This document shows, piece by piece, positions 50,966 through 63,330 of a stretch of DNA of 64,000 bases. The position numbers were made by a program, and so were the translations under genes. The stretch spans positions 1-64,000 of the forward strand of contig CAXHJY010000626.1 of NCBI GenBank assembly GCA_964016885.1. Direction: 5' to 3'. This stretch comes from Eledone cirrhosa (lineage: Eukaryota). Under the pieces are notes generated by a model, which saw only the letters and a list, made by a program, of their open reading frames with translations, was not told the DNA's origin and made no database searches. Position 1 is the stretch's first letter. Each line of letters begins with the position of its first letter.

Positions 50966-51126
50966 AAGGCGGCGAATTGGCAGAAACGTTAGAAAGTCGG
51001 ATAGAATGCTTTATGGTATTCGATCCGGCTCCTTGCTCTCTGAGTTTAAATCCCACCGAGATCAACTTTGCCTTTCTCCTTTCGAAGTCGATAAAAAAAA
51101 GTACCAGTCTAGTACTGGGGTCAATT
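50966..51126 (+). mobile_element. tRNA-derived SINE, family A
   Basis: aaggcggcgaattggcagaaacgttag...gtttaaatcccaccgag...actttgccttt...agtaccagt. Confidence 0.85.
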
Positions 51127-51839
51127 CTTCCTCTATATATCTTTCTCATTTCCTTTCTCTCTCACTTTCTATCTTTCTCGGGCAGAAATCTGCTGTACTC
51201 AGGCCAGGAGAGGGATGAGCTCTGCCAGGTTTAAAATGCCCAAGAAACGCTGTATATCAATATGGCGCCCCTACGACTCTATCAGGAGTTACGAGACTAT
51301 ACATACATAGATACATGTTTCTTATTTATTTGGTATGGGGTGAAGGAAATAATCAGATGATTTTGCTTATATCACGGCATAGTGAAGATATGTAAACAAA
51401 CTCTCTTACTAGGAACCGTGGTTTACTTTCATGTATTTTCATAATATTTTTAGTAAACATGATTAAAGTCATATTTAGTGTAATGAATTAGAAATAATGA
51501 ATTAGATTATTGCAATTAGTTCTAATATTCTGCTTTAATATTCCGAGTTAATTTGATGTCATTTAGTTAATGAAAAATATCGATGAGAGATTTGAACAAC
51601 AAACTATATCTAGAGTTCAGATAGATACACCAAACATAGAGAAAGCTAGCCATGCGGTGGGCTAATACCTTGACCTATAGAAACGTATTTAATATATTCG
51701 AGTCCACCATACAACGCAACCCGATTAAGAGATAAAGCAGAACATTTGGAATCACTGCCATTTTTCTACATAGAAAGTAAATTTCTACACTGCCCAACAG
51801 TTAATATTCTTAAAAACCACGGTATTTTAAACAAACATT

Positions 51840-51886
<47 letters not shown>

Positions 51887-51888
<2 letters not shown>

Positions 51889-52266
51889 AAGTAATTAAGT
51901 CAAATATTTAAAATTTGGCTTCGTTTATTAAAGATGAACTGCTATATATATTTCGGTGACATTTACTGCTATATATATGGCTGTGACCTCTTCAGGCAGT
52001 TCGAATTGGTGTGGTAGAGACAGGTACACATGTTGTTAAAGTGTTTTACTCCGTCAATACTCCGATATGTCCAGCTTCGGACTGCCTGAATAGGTCACAG
52101 CCAATGATGGCTGTCACCGAAATATATATAGCAGTACACGAAGCCAAATTTTAAATATTTGACTTAATTACTTTAATTTACATTACTCCGGAGTAACCAA
52201 ACCAACCTGCGTACTTCGTCGAGTGCTCCAATCTGCATACTGAGGTGTCGGTAAACAACCAACATA
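51887..52266 (+). mobile_element. Short HHR-bearing retroelement end with inverted 5' arm (51887-52004 vs 52076-52175)
   Basis: Inverted arms, each containing a hammerhead copy; flanked by (TA)n. Confidence 0.8.
52081..52135 (+). ncRNA. Type I hammerhead ribozyme (G8>T in this copy; the inverted copy at 51938-52000 keeps CTGAAGA but has a rearranged stem II)
   Basis: actgc-CTGAATA-ggt-c-acagcca-atga-tggctgt-c-acc-GAAA-tatata-TA|gcagt. Confidence 0.75.
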
Positions 52267-52272
52267 TACTAA

Positions 52273-52303
<31 letters not shown>

Positions 52304-52481
52304 TAAAACTTCGTAAGCAATGGTGAAAGCTATAATTGAATATGATATACTAAAACCCGTCAGCAAACCAGGTTTGCTTGCTGATTAATTTAATAAAGTG
52401 CAGTAAATTAGTTCAAGCATTAATAGAAATCCATTATGTTACAGAATGGTATAGCAATGCTCTCCCTCTCATATATATATA

Positions 52482-52883
52482 CGAGGGCAATCCCAAAAGT
52501 AAGGTCTCCTTCCGATATTGCAACTTCCGATATTGCAACTTTTCCGTTAAAATCCTGTGGATGGTGCTTCGGGAAACCTCAGGAACCAAAATGCAGAGAG
52601 CATCCAGAGTGATCCGCCGATCTTTACGCATGTTTTCCTCGGAAGGAGACCTTACTTTTGGGATTGCCCTCGTATATAATAACTGCGCGAAATTCGCACT
52701 TGGCGGTAGCGTGCAACGGGAGCTCCATTCTCAACGGCTGCCAAGCCAAGATTGAGCATCCCAGTGAAGCGCGCGCATGCTTGTTTGGGAGTGAAGGAAG
52801 CACCAATCACAACATTGTTGCCAACAGCCGTACGAACAGTTTCTCTGCGTCCCCATCGCTGTGGAGACCTTACTTTTGGGATT
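52482..52883 (-). mobile_element. Rearranged mariner remnant: 191-bp TIR-bounded unit (52482-52672) abutting a 5'-end fragment (52675-52883)
   Basis: 34-bp perfect IR cgagggcaatcccaaaagtaaggtctccttccga with TA flanks. Transposase fragments DRRITLDAL..VSRSTIHRILTEKLQYRK and MELPLHATAKCEFRAVI. Third partial TIR at 52863-52883. Confidence 0.85.
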
Positions 52884-52904
52884 ATATATATATCACCCTC
52901 AACA

Positions 52905-53098
52905 TAATCATCATCTTGTCCATGTGGTGGATTTGTCATCTGCTTCGTCAGACTCAATCTTCTAACACATTTGCCTATGGCTTCGTCTGTCTTATTCCAG
53001 ATCTTTTTTTCCACTTGTTTATCTGGCACTTCTTTACTTAAGGAGCATCCGTCCATACGCATCACATGTCTGTAACAACGTAAACTTCTCTGTTGCAT
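52905..53098 (-). mobile_element. Old RTE-like LINE 3' remnant
   Basis: QQRSLRCYRHVMRMD resembles the RRLRWYGHVxRM motif. Confidence 0.5.
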
Positions 53099-53413
53099 AT
53101 TATATACTATTCCTCCAATAACCCTGTTTTGTCTAAGTTCGTTTGCTCACTGTCGTTCATGTGGACTAACATTGCATAAAGAGCAGAACATGATCGCTAC
53201 ATTTCTCCGCAATCGCTGTGCATCATCTGCGTTATATTGTTTATGTTTCCCTATCATGCAACATTGTTAAATCAACATTCAAGTACGGAACATACAGTTA
53301 TTTCATGTTCAATTTGTTAGACTATTTTATATATTCCAAAAAATACGTTGAAACTTCTAACTCTAACATAATTTTCAATGAATGCATATCCGTTCAACGT
53401 TTTGAAAAATAGG

Positions 53414-53448
<35 letters not shown>

Positions 53449-53460
53449 TGTGTTTGTGTT

Positions 53461-53501
<41 letters not shown>

Positions 53502-53503
<2 letters not shown>

Positions 53504-53601
53504 CGAAGGAGTTGTGGTAAGGAACCAGATGGACCATAACGCACCAGAGTACTCAATACTAAGGGTAGTAGAGTGGGTAATAGGAAAATGTATGACCCCG
53601 A
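53502..53601 (-). mobile_element. 3' end of the HHR-associated family seen at 59704-59898
   Basis: Reverse complement of 59798-59897; both ends in TA-rich microsatellite. Confidence 0.85.
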
Positions 53602-53653
53602 TATACATTTTTCTATATATGTATATATATATATATATACATCTCTCTCTCTT

Positions 53654-53713
<60 letters not shown>

Positions 53714-54664
53714 TATTTGTCATATGTAATTGTCAAATATTATTATCGCCCACTGTGTCCTTCCAAACCACCAATTTTTCTCTTCTGTCTCCTCGTTGTT
53801 TTTTTTTTATTTTGTTCTATTAACTCCATCTTGCTTGTCTGTCGTCTGCTTATGTATATATGTTTGCGTTTGTTTGTCTGCGTCTATGTGCTTGTCCTTT
53901 TGCTTTACTACTTTCACAATCATTTGTATTTAGTGTGTGCATGCAACTGTGTATGTGTATCTGTGTACTGTGTATTTACGTGTGTCTTAGCCTGTTTTCT
54001 CCTCTGCACGATAGCATCTGATATCGAAAGTTCAGAAGCACTAGCTCAGCCTAGATAACCTCACAGAGGATGTGTTCAGGTGCGCCCAACGATAGGTATA
54101 AACAAAATCTATGTCCCTGTCTATCTCAATGAAAAATAATTGATCAAATTATTTCGAAATATAGCTGGTTCAAACTTGTTTTTCTTTTTTAATATTCTAT
54201 AAATTTTGAAATATAGTTTCTGTTTACAATATTTTGTTTGATCAACATGTCTGGCGAGTTTAAATTAAATATAATTTTATTAGATTCTGAAATATTCATT
54301 ATTATATTATATATATTGTATTATATTAACATCATATTAATTATATCGAATTCCATTCATTTAAAGATTGTGTTTGTATTAATTATAGTAATATATTTAG
54401 ATCAACATTGAACATAGGGCGATGTAATGGAAGAATTAATAGAACGACAGATGTATATATGTGACTTGAGATATTTAAATATCTCTTTGCATGCTCTGAG
54501 TTCAAATCTCGACGTGGTCCACTTTGGCTGTCTGTATCGAACCCCAGGTGGTGTTAAAATAATTACCAGTGATGTAGTGGTGTCTAACAAATCATTTAGC
54601 AAGGTGTTCGTGCTGCCGCCATTTAAAACTAGTGTGTTAAACATTCGCTATATGTAAATGTAAT

Positions 54665-54782
54665 TAATTGTTTCTACTTTAGGCACAAGGCCAGCAATTA
54701 ACCAGTGCATTACTGGTACTTTATTTTATCGACCCCGTAAGGATGAAAGGCAAAGTAAACCTCGACGGGATTTGAACTCAGA
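54665..54782 (-). mobile_element. tRNA-derived SINE family A, partial (an older plus-strand copy lies at about 54417-54600)
   Basis: Matches 15478-15592. Confidence 0.8.
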
Positions 54783-55045
54783 TCGTACTAGCTAGTCAAT
54801 CTGCGCTATATGTAAATAAATATGTAAATGAGCCATCAGCAAAACACGTTATAAGAAGATATATGCTTTTTTTACCTCGATATCTCGTAATAAATAAGCG
54901 GCTACTGATGAAAAATTAATGAAATCTGAGATAATTATATATTTGAATTTACTGCTTAAAACATTCAAGGCGAGTACATATGCTTTTAATTTATCTTTAT
55001 CCCTCGCGCGCTCTCTTTCTCTCTCTCTCTCTCTCTTCATATCTC

Positions 55046-55090
<45 letters not shown>

Positions 55091-55336
55091 ATATACTCCC
55101 CTCTTTCTCTCCACACACACGCATACACATGTGAAAGACACGTATAAATAAGGATGCAGAGGAGATCGAGAATTTTGAAAATAGAATTAGTAGCTTTCAC
55201 CATAAATTGACGACAGAATCTAATATTAGGACACATGGACCCTCATAACGTAAGATATACGATAGGTATTTTTTTTTTATGTTCTTTGGGAAAGGACAAA
55301 AGATATATATAATAGTCATCCATGTAGGAAATGACT

Positions 55337-55441
<105 letters not shown>

Positions 55442-55446
55442 TACCA

Positions 55447-55700
55447 GTGGTGGCCTAGTGGTAAGAGTGTTGGACTTATGATCATAATGTCGTGGGTTCG
55501 ATTCCTGGGTTGCGTGTTGTGTTTTTGAGCAAAACACGTCATTTCACGTTGCTCCAGTTTACTCAGTTGGAGGTTTGACCCTGCAATGGACTGGCGTCCT
55601 GTCCAGGGGGGAGTCTTGTACTCTCAGTCGCTTCACGCCATGAAACCGGGATAAGCACCGGCCAAACGAGCCTTCTGGCTTAAGACAGACTTTAGACATT
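55447..55700 (+). mobile_element. tRNA-derived SINE with family-B-like core and a different 3' tail
   Basis: A box TGGCCTAGTGG, B box GGTTCGATTCC, core ttgagcaaaacac...atttcacgttgctcca shared with 27658; tail cctgcaatggactggcgtcctgtccagggg. Confidence 0.8.
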
Positions 55701-55735
55701 TTAGATATGGTTACTCCCGATTGAACCAGGTATAA

Positions 55736-55836
<101 letters not shown>

Positions 55837-55917
55837 CCGTAGAGCAAATATTCTGTTTCAGAAATCAGCGATTCTTTGTTTAAACGTTAAGCTGTTCTTA
55901 TATATATATATATATAT

Positions 55918-55952
<35 letters not shown>

Positions 55953-56399
55953 GTATAATGCTTTATATAAATTAACATATAAAATGAAAGTGTTGTGCAC
56001 TGGGGATTATAGTTTATAGAATATATTTCATGTACGGAATCTTCATCCAAGAGACTGTAGTTTCAATTAGTTTGTCATTAATATACAACTCTTTACAACA
56101 GAAACCCATACATGCATTTAAATTACTATCGTTTGTGATTTTATTTGATGAATTACGTATGTTAGTGCAAATCGAGTATATGTTTAACATGGTAAACCTA
56201 TGGAGAATTCCTCTCTCCCTCTCTCTCCAAAACTATACAGGCATAAATGATGGTATTGTTAAATAATGACTTCGAAATTATTAGGAAACGAAATTACTAT
56301 TATCTCGTAAATTGAGTAAATTATTCATGTAACATCTGCATTCATAATTTTATAATTCGACGTAAAGTGAAGCGAATGTTAATGACAGAATCGAAAGAG

Positions 56400-56980
56400 C
56401 TTCTTCGATCACTTATTTCTGGGAGGGTCATGGGGTCGAGTCCTCAGTGATCCTGTCAGAAGCAACCAGCCATCGCCAATTGATCCAGCTGGATCCCAAA
56501 GTGAGACCAGCCGAGCTCATGAATGTTATCCAACCATCTCGCACGGGATCTACCACTGGGTCTCCTGTTGTTCGTTGGTTTCGCCCGTAAAATCTGTTCA
56601 GCGACTCTTGTTTGAGACATTTTAAACATGTCTGTAATATCAGAGAAGTAGCGGCTCTACCTGGAGCTACGCAGTCTATCGAGTAACGTTACTCCAAAGA
56701 GCCTTCGGAAAGCCCTATTTCGACCGCTTGAATTTGTGATCGGATTCTTCTGGTCATTACTCAAGATTGATGACCCAAAGAGCGCCGGAGAAAATATCTT
56801 GTGACACTTCTTCCAACTCTTCACGTTCTGTGTTCGATCTTGATAGCTGCAATTTTTGTGTTTTCGATGCTCAGAGAGTGGGATTGGTCGAGTGCAAGGC
56901 CTTTCCACACTTAAAACAGCTTCAAAGAACAAGCATTTTCTATAATCTGACAAGCGATTGCAATACTCTCAGCAGAGTTT
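56400..56980 (-). mobile_element. Decayed RTE-like LINE 3' region
   Basis: Minus-strand fragments AFRRLFGVTLLDRLRS and RRPSGRSRARWLDNI resemble RTE C-termini. Confidence 0.6.
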
Positions 56981-57264
56981 GCAGCCATCATGTATGTATA
57001 TGCATGTATGCAAGTATCTATATATGTATGAGGGCTACGAGGGATGTTGGATGACAGAAGTAATGTTACGATGTCGTATTTTCTTACATCGTCAAGAAGT
57101 AGGGAAGCCATAACACGAGTACCTGTGATAAATTAGTGTTGTGGTAAACAAACATGTTTCAACGTGGTACTCCAGTATAACCGCAGTGTAATAACTGAAG
57201 CCAAGGAAACAATGAAGGAACTCAGTAGAATGTGTTTGTGTCTTTAATGTTCATTATATATAAT

Positions 57265-57455
57265 AAGGCGGTGAATTGGCAGTATCGGTAGAGGGTTGGA
57301 CGCCATGCTTTGACGCATTAGTTACGGCCCTTGCCATTCTGAGAGGAAATCTCGTCGAGGTTAACTTTGCCTTTCATCCTTACGGGGTCGATAAAATAAA
57401 GTACCAGTAATACACTGAGATAATTGCTGGTCTTGTGCCAAAACGTAGAAACAAT

Positions 57456-57456
<1 letters not shown>
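57265..57456 (+). mobile_element. tRNA-derived SINE, family A
   Basis: aaggcggtgaattggcag...actttgcctttcatccttacggggtcgataaaataaagtaccagt...cttgtgccaaaacgtagaaacaatt. Confidence 0.88.
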
Positions 57457-57489
<33 letters not shown>

Positions 57490-57562
57490 AGAGAGAGTAC
57501 TATATTTATGCATGTGCTTGTGTGCATGATTGAAGTGATGCATGTATATGTCATATATATAT

Positions 57563-57604
<42 letters not shown>

Positions 57605-57677
57605 CATTTATATATATATATATATATATAATACATTTATATATTATATATATATATAATACATACAATGCATATAT

Positions 57678-57803
57678 ACATTTAAATCACGCATACACGT
57701 GCATAAATATAAAAGAAAATACCACCATACACACACACACACGTGTGTGTGTATGGTGGTATTTTCTTTTATATTTATGCACGTGTATGCGTGATTTAAA
57801 TGT
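57678..57803. repeat. Near-perfect 126-bp palindrome centred on CACGTG
   Basis: acatttaaatcacgcatacacgtgcataaatataaaagaaaataccaccat(ac)7|(gt)5atggtggtattttc...tttaaatgt. Confidence 0.93.
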
Positions 57804-58819
57804 GTATATGTATTTGTTGTGTGTGTATGTATCTATTATATATGTGTTTGTATGTCTGTATTTGTTATGTTTGTGTATTTATGTGTGTGTAATGTAAGTG
57901 TACATGTATTTTTGTGTGTGCATGTATTTGTAATATATATATATATGTGTGTGTGTAATTTAAGTGTATGTATGTATTTATGTGTGTATATTATATTTAT
58001 GCTTGTGCGTGTTAATTTAGTTTATGCATGGCTATTTTATAGTGTTTATACATATATATATATATACGTGCGTGTTTGTTTCTGTGTATGTTTAAATGTG
58101 TGTTCAGTGCTGTAAGGTTAAGTTAATTCGTTGTTTATGTAAGATTTCCCAGCTGGCAGGATTAATTAGATCCGAAGATTGAGATATCTGGAATTGATAG
58201 ATTGAGGCAGTTGGGAAATTTCCAATATGACTTTCAAATATTGCCTCCTTTTCTCATTTTAGAGGATCGCAGAAGTAAACAAAATAACGAAAAAATGTAA
58301 TGTCAGTAAATTCCACTGACAAATTGAAATTTTATCGTATTTTCACAACCTGGAAAATAAATAATTAAGTTAATTTGATTTAATCCTGATTAGTTAATAA
58401 GAATTTATATTTCATGAAGATTTGAACGCAGCATAACAAAATGTTTATGATGTTTGCTACGAAATCAGAAGGTGCCATGACATCGTCACACTGTATATTT
58501 TACCATAGCCTCCAGTTGACTCAACCCTTGTGAATGACATTATTATAAAATGTATCATGCTGAATCTCCCTGAGAATGATGTTAAAGATTAACATCTGCC
58601 AGTGGAAAGCTCAGTCAGTTACAGTAAGCTCATCTTATATATTGTTATACTTGGGGAGGGTCATATTATTGTAATAATATGACCCTTCCCAAGCATAACA
58701 ATATTTGTTTCGACACACGATTTCATATCAAAAACCTTGCAAAACAAATTCATCGTCGTTATATCTATATTTGTTAATGTTTTGAATAATAATAATAATA
58801 ATAAATATATATTATTCAA

Positions 58820-59159
58820 AATATTATTCAAAATATTAACAAATGAGGATATTCGTATAATCAAAATATATGCTTTATTATATATATTTCGAAGGTACTG
58901 TTTTTTTTTTTCCAGTACGTTCTCGTCAGATAAAATATTATTTAAAAATATTATTTTAGCTGACGAAGACGTACTGGAAAAACAACACAGTACCTTCGAA
59001 ATATATATAATAAAGCATATATTTTGATTATGTGAATATCCTCATTTGTTAATATTTTGAATAATATTAAAACTCCATTTATTTTTTTCCTGTTGAGTGC
59101 CTTTAATCTATTGTAAAACTGTATTCATTGAGTAATCAATGAACCATATTAATCTTTGG

Positions 59160-59160
<1 letters not shown>
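58820..59160 (+). mobile_element. Short HHR-bearing retroelement end with fold-back (58820-58937 vs about 58952-59068)
   Basis: Inverted arms of about 117 bp; the tail continues to (TA)n at 59161. Confidence 0.8.
58873..58935 (-). ncRNA. Type I hammerhead ribozyme (a more degenerate mirror copy lies on plus at 58954-59015)
   Basis: ttttat-CTGACGA-gaa-c-gtactg-g(a)n-cagtac-c-ttc-GAAA-tatata-TA|ataaag. Confidence 0.8.
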
Positions 59161-59205
<45 letters not shown>

Positions 59206-59207
<2 letters not shown>

Positions 59208-59513
59208 TATGAAGAGAGAAGAAACATTTAGATATAATTAGTAATAAAATGTATCATACCTAAACTGTTCCTAGATTCCTCGACTACGTAGTTTCGTGGC
59301 ATAAACAAAAACAATACATCATAAAGATATAGAGTCCCTGCGAGGTCTGCCGACTTATCAAGAGGATACCTCATTTTACTAGCCTCAAGAACGCGTCTAC
59401 ACGACGTGAGAAAGAATCCCAAAAGGCGGAGGGGGAGATAGTCACGCGATATAACGGTCGAGAAACATTATTTATTACTAATTATATCTAAATGTTTCTT
59501 CTCTCTTCATAAT
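59206..59513. repeat. 43-bp perfect inverted repeats about 220 bp apart
   Basis: attatgaagagagaagaaacatttagatataattagtaataaa (59206-59248) and its complement at 59471-59513. Confidence 0.9.
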
Positions 59514-59703
59514 GTATTTTTAACTCTGATACTGGTTCAGTCTGGTTCAACCGGATTGGTCTGTCCCAGTCATTCATTGAGCAACATCGGTGAGGTTGGC
59601 ACCCTTAACTCACGGTTGGGTGTGGATGCATTCATGTATATGTGTGTGTCCGCATGTATCTGTGTGTTTCTAAATATATATTTATATATATATATATATT
59701 TAT

Positions 59704-59896
59704 ATAGGAACGAGTAGGACCCCGACGGCTGAGCTCAAGCCGTTTCGACGGCTAATTCAGTCCATAATTAGCCGTCGAAACGGCTTGAGCTCAGCCGTCG
59801 GGGTCCTACTCGTTCCTATTACCCACTCTACTACCCTAAGTATTGAGTACTTTGGTGCGTTTTGGTCCACCTGGTTCCTTACCACATTTCCTTCGT

Positions 59897-59898
<2 letters not shown>
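59704..59898 (+). mobile_element. Retroelement end with perfect 54-bp fold-back and the 3' half of a hammerhead
   Basis: Arms 59704-59757 and 59766-59819, 8-nt loop. Plus strand reads gccgtc-GAAA-cggct-tgagctc-agccg-TC|ggggtcct. Homologues at 17762-17800, 23414-23450 and 53502-53601. Confidence 0.8.
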
Positions 59899-59931
<33 letters not shown>

Positions 59932-60134
59932 TATATACAATTTTTATAGCACAATTAACGTTACTATAGAGAATATCTCTGTAGATAGTATTATAAAGGT
60001 AGGTAGATGTTAGTGTTATAGTGAGAAGATAACAATCTCTGCAACACTTCTGTGTTCAGAGAGGAGAGTAGAAAGTGAATTTACACTTCCTGCTTTTCAC
60101 AGCCAGGATTCTAATTTAGTTATATTTACATTGA

Positions 60135-60409
60135 AACTTTCCTCTCCTTTTTCTTCTTTATCTTCATTTTTTTTCTTTTTTTCTTATTTTCTTTTTTCTT
60201 TTTTTCTTTTTTTCCTTTTTTCTTTTTTTCTTTTTTTCTTTTTTTCTTTTTTTCTTTTTTTCTTTTTTTCTTTTTTTCTTTTTTTCTTTTTTTTTCTTTT
60301 TTTCTTTTTCTCTTTTTTTCTTTTTCTTTTTTTCTTTTTTCTTTTTTCTTTTTCTTTCGCTTTTTCTTTCGCATTTTCTTTCTCTTTTTCTTTCTCTTTT
60401 TTCCTCTTT
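60135..60409. repeat. Polypyrimidine (T4-8C)n tract
   Basis: Direct observation. Confidence 0.95.
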
Positions 60410-61168
60410 GTGTGTGTGTGTAATAAGAGAAAGTGTCTGTGAGTGTGTGTTTGTGTATAATAAACAGAATGGCGATGACTGGAATGTCTTTGATCATGTT
60501 TTCATCATGATGACTGTCCTGGGGTTACTTAACAAAATATATTAAAACATTCACTTTGGGCCTTATTTTATTTCATATAAACGCAGCCAAGCATAACACT
60601 ATCTAATATATAATTTATCGCAAATTTATTATTATAGATCAATCGTTATATTTACTCAGCTGTATGAATAAAAAAAAATACACTTCCTTTCAGATATGCT
60701 CACTGATATTTTCGACAAGTTTCTTGATATTTTCGTTCTTCTATATCTAATCGAACATATGGCTTTTCAGTTTTTAATTTACCTTTGGATACGCGTTATT
60801 TAGGACCAAAGTGTATAATGGGGTCTGTTTATTCTTATTTTATGATGGGAGTGTGATGTACGGGAGATTTCATTGCTATTTCTAGTAGATCGAGCGATTA
60901 TATAACGTCTGCTTTGTTATCTCGATAACCTAATGGATACAGTGTCTGATTTTTACCTTCGTGTTATTTTTTATGCTTACTTCACGAGAGATAGGGAGCG
61001 ATAGATATAGAGAGAGACGGAGGCAGTGACTATAACAGCATTGCTGAAGTATTTTGTGAAGGGTTAGTTATAGCTGGAATCTCTCTTGTTGACGAAGACA
61101 AACAAACAATTATGAATTTTTGAAGGCTAGAAAACGTTACCAAATTGTGACTTACGACCTCGAAATGA

Positions 61169-61363
61169 TAATTTCTAATTTTTGCACAAGGCCAGCAATT
61201 TGGAGTCGATTACATGGACCCCGTGCGTTACTGGTGCTTTATCCAAAAGGATGAAAGGCAAACTATGCTCGGTGGGATTTGAATTCAGTGCATAAAGAGC
61301 CATAACTCTATGTCGCTAAGCATCTTGTCCGACGCTCTACCGATTCTGCCAATCCACCGCCCT
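61169..61363 (-). mobile_element. tRNA-derived SINE, family A
   Basis: Reverse complement of 57265-57456 with divergence. Confidence 0.85.
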
Positions 61364-61801
61364 AATAATAATAATAATAATATCAACAACAACAGTGGTA
61401 ACAAGTCTGACAGAGCAATTCTGACAGAGCATCAACAGTCTGATTCACACGATTGATTGCGTTACAGGTTTAACATTTCTTAACAACCGATCAAACGAAA
61501 AAAGTAAATCAAAGTCACATTATTTCACGTTCGTTTTTTTCCTTCATTCACCTCATCTCCATCATTCCTCTTTCATCCACATGACTTTCTCATAACTTTC
61601 ATATTTTAAAATCTATATTTATCAATATTCGATTACTGCTTAAAAATATTTTCCCTCATCAAAAAAAAAAAAAAAAAAAAAAAAAACTTGTAATCATTTA
61701 AAAATGATTTCAGAAAAAAAAAAAATGATATTCTGTTTGCAAATCAAATATTCTCCAACAACAAAAACGCAAATCTCATATCTTTATATATCTTTATATA
61801 T

Positions 61802-61863
<62 letters not shown>

Positions 61864-62523
61864 TAACTCAACAAGATTTATAGAGAAATAGCATACGTAC
61901 ATCTTTGTGGTGAAGTGTGGTACATCGTATTGTTTGTAGTTTTTTGTTTGCTGCTCTTTTTTATTCTTGTATTTTGCGATATTCTGTGTGTAGTTGCTGC
62001 GGTCAAAATCAAAACACATGTAATGGTAACAAACATATAAAACCAAATGATAAATGCGTCTTTGTTATTGACGTAAGGAATATAATCAATCACTGGCAGC
62101 TGAATGTCCAATTTCTGGTTTTTGATTATATTCTTTGTATTCTTCTAATTCTGTTGCTAACTCTTCGGTTCTTTCCTGTTGTAATAAATCTTCTGAAGTC
62201 ATTAACAGTTAAATCTGCAAGAAAAACCAGGAAACGAAGTGAAAGTTCCCAAATAAAATATGTCATAGCTTTTTACATTGTAAAGTCAGAACAGATGCAT
62301 CGTCGATGTAATCAGTCAGAAAAATGTCTGAAGATTTAACCACAAGCCGAGCTATTTTCATCTTCGTAAGATATTTACACAATGACTTTGAAGTAATTCT
62401 ATTTAGAAAATTATCAATACCCCCGCTCTTCCCTTTCCGTCTTGTTTCACTCACTCACTCAATCTCTCACTCACTCACTCTCTCTCATTCATTCGTTCAC
62501 TCTCTTTCTCTTATATATATTTG

Positions 62524-62559
<36 letters not shown>

Positions 62560-62639
62560 AATATATATATATATAAACGAAAAAAATGAAACGAAATTTC
62601 ATTTCCCACTCTTAGTACGGCTGTTACTTAAATATAAGT

Positions 62640-62808
62640 ATGTACACGTACATACATATATGTATACACGTACATACATATATATATACGTACATGTATA
62701 TATGTGTGCATGTATGTGTATATATATATATATATATACTACTGTACGTCTGTATACATATATGTATATATTTGTATATATATATATATATATATTTGTA
62801 TATATTTG

Positions 62809-62843
<35 letters not shown>

Positions 62844-62862
62844 ATATATTTGTATATATTTG

Positions 62863-62899
<37 letters not shown>

Positions 62900-62950
62900 A
62901 TATTTGTATATATATATGTATATATATATTTGTATATATATATGTATATA
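62640..62950. repeat. Compound (TA)n microsatellite
   Basis: Direct observation. Confidence 0.95.
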
Positions 62951-63241
62951 TAGAAAGTTATATTTAAATTGCTGGGTTACAACTAGTAAATATTTATAAC
63001 TGATATAAAAGCACTCAACAAGTATTTGGAGTATATTTACGATATTAAATAAATGGAAACTATATTTATAAAACCATATTTATTTCATTATATATATTTC
63101 AGGGATATCATATTAACAATATGTTATGCCTTCTTCAGACAAAATACAATATAGACAGTTTTATAGATAAATAGATTTGACATACCGTTCAACATCGACT
63201 TGTATTTGAAAAAGTTGATTTGGCAGTGAAAAATTGTAAAC

Positions 63242-63268
63242 AGAAAGAAAGAAAGAAAGAAAGAAGGA

Positions 63269-63300
<32 letters not shown>

Positions 63301-63330
63301 AAACGAAGAAAAAGAAGAAAAAGAAGAAAT
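63242..63330. repeat. (AAAG)n / purine-rich microsatellite
   Basis: Direct observation. Confidence 0.95.

Noticed and set aside
55447-55510. tRNA-like sequence with A and B boxes (also at 27660)
   Set aside because: No complete cloverleaf, and it continues into a SINE core and tail; a SINE head rather than a tRNA gene.
59382-59420. ctcaaga-acgcgtc-tacac-gacgtga-gaaa hammerhead-like string
   Set aside because: Core is mutated and no clear stem III or stem I; too degenerate to call.
60126-60497. Lys/Glu-rich 123-aa ORF
   Set aside because: Translation of a polypyrimidine/polypurine tract.
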